In this document: positions 50,290 to 50,915 of the stretch, piece by piece
How the letters are laid out: the number at the start of each line of letters is the position of its first letter
How positions within the stretch are numbered: position 1 is the first letter of the stretch
From: Batkoa obscura
Lineage: Eukaryota
Length of the DNA stretch: 50,915 bases
Reading direction: 5' to 3'
Assembly: GCA_030770535.1 (NCBI GenBank)
Contig: JASVEC010000015.1
Location: 1,054,001 to 1,104,915, forward strand
Made by a program: the position numbers and the translations under genes
Notes under the pieces: generated by a model
The model's input: the letters and a program-made list of their open reading frames with translations, nothing else
Told to the model about the DNA's origin: nothing
Databases searched by the model: none

Positions 50290-50915
50290 ATGGCTGCTCA
50301 AATCTCTAAGAAACGTAAGGTATGTAAAGAGTAGTTTAATTAAACAAAAGATTGAAGACGGAATAAGAAGCTTTATTAATGGATGTATGACTTCAGTTAG
50401 TACAAAAACTAAAAGAAGGACCAATATGTAAGTCAAAAGCACAATTCAATCTTAATGTAGTATGATGATACCTATTATTATTTTTCTGACACCTCTTGTT
50501 TGAAGGCTATTTTAGTCTAATGCACGCAATCAACTACTGATACTACAAATTTTTTTTATTTAATTATATCAATTTGTATGAATGTATACTAAAATTTTCG
50601 ATAGTTTGTAGCTGATGGTGTATTCTATGCCGAACTCAACGAATTCTTCCAACGTGAATTAGCCGCTGAAAATTACGCTGGTGTTGAAGTACGTGTCACC
50701 CCAGCCCGTACTGAAATTATCCTCAGAGTATCTCAACCACAAAAGGTACTTGGTGAAAAAGGACGCCGTATCCGTGAACTTACTTCTTTAGTTCAAAAAC
50801 GTTTCAATTTCCCAAAAGATGCCGTTGAGCTTTATATTGAACGTATCTCTGCTCCAGGTCTTTGCGCCGTTGCTCAATGTGAATCTCTTAAATTCAAACT
50901 TCTCAACGGTCTTGC
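50290..50915 (+). CDS. RPS3: 40S ribosomal protein S3 (partial, runs off window)
   Basis: [10 protein letters not shown] | intron 50320-50604 | [19 protein letters not shown]...[13 protein letters not shown]. Confidence 0.97.
50456..50547 (+). ncRNA. Intronic box C/D snoRNA
   Basis: Terminal stem TGTAGTA/TACTACA, box C ATGATGA 50462-50468, D' CTGA 50486-50489, C'-like TTGAAGG, box D CTGA 50537-50540; lies in an unusually long intron. Confidence 0.82.

Overview
Very AT-rich eukaryotic DNA with many short (~45-60 nt) GT-AG introns. Gene content suggests an early-diverging, non-Dikarya fungus (inference). The core (10.3-47.1 kb) holds housekeeping genes: Atg14/UVRAG-like, LOA1, NAF1, a GPI-type wall protein, an OFA-family MFS transporter, ArfGAP-UBA, importin-9, CWC21, OLE1, a TMEM128-like protein, GDE1, class I myosin, INTS11 and dynamitin. 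RPS3 starts at the right edge and carries a box C/D snoRNA in its first intron. The most striking content is a cut-and-paste transposon system. It has a ~2.46 kb element with GGGG...CCCC 22-bp TIRs, ATAT target duplications and a 567-aa DDD transposase with Sola2-like motifs. Four copies are present: three are nested inside each other in alternating orientation (1-5774), and a fourth decayed copy lies at 47453-49973. About 21 copies of a ~99-bp MITE share the GGGG termini and AWWT target. All calls were made by eye; exon boundaries and family names are not database-verified.
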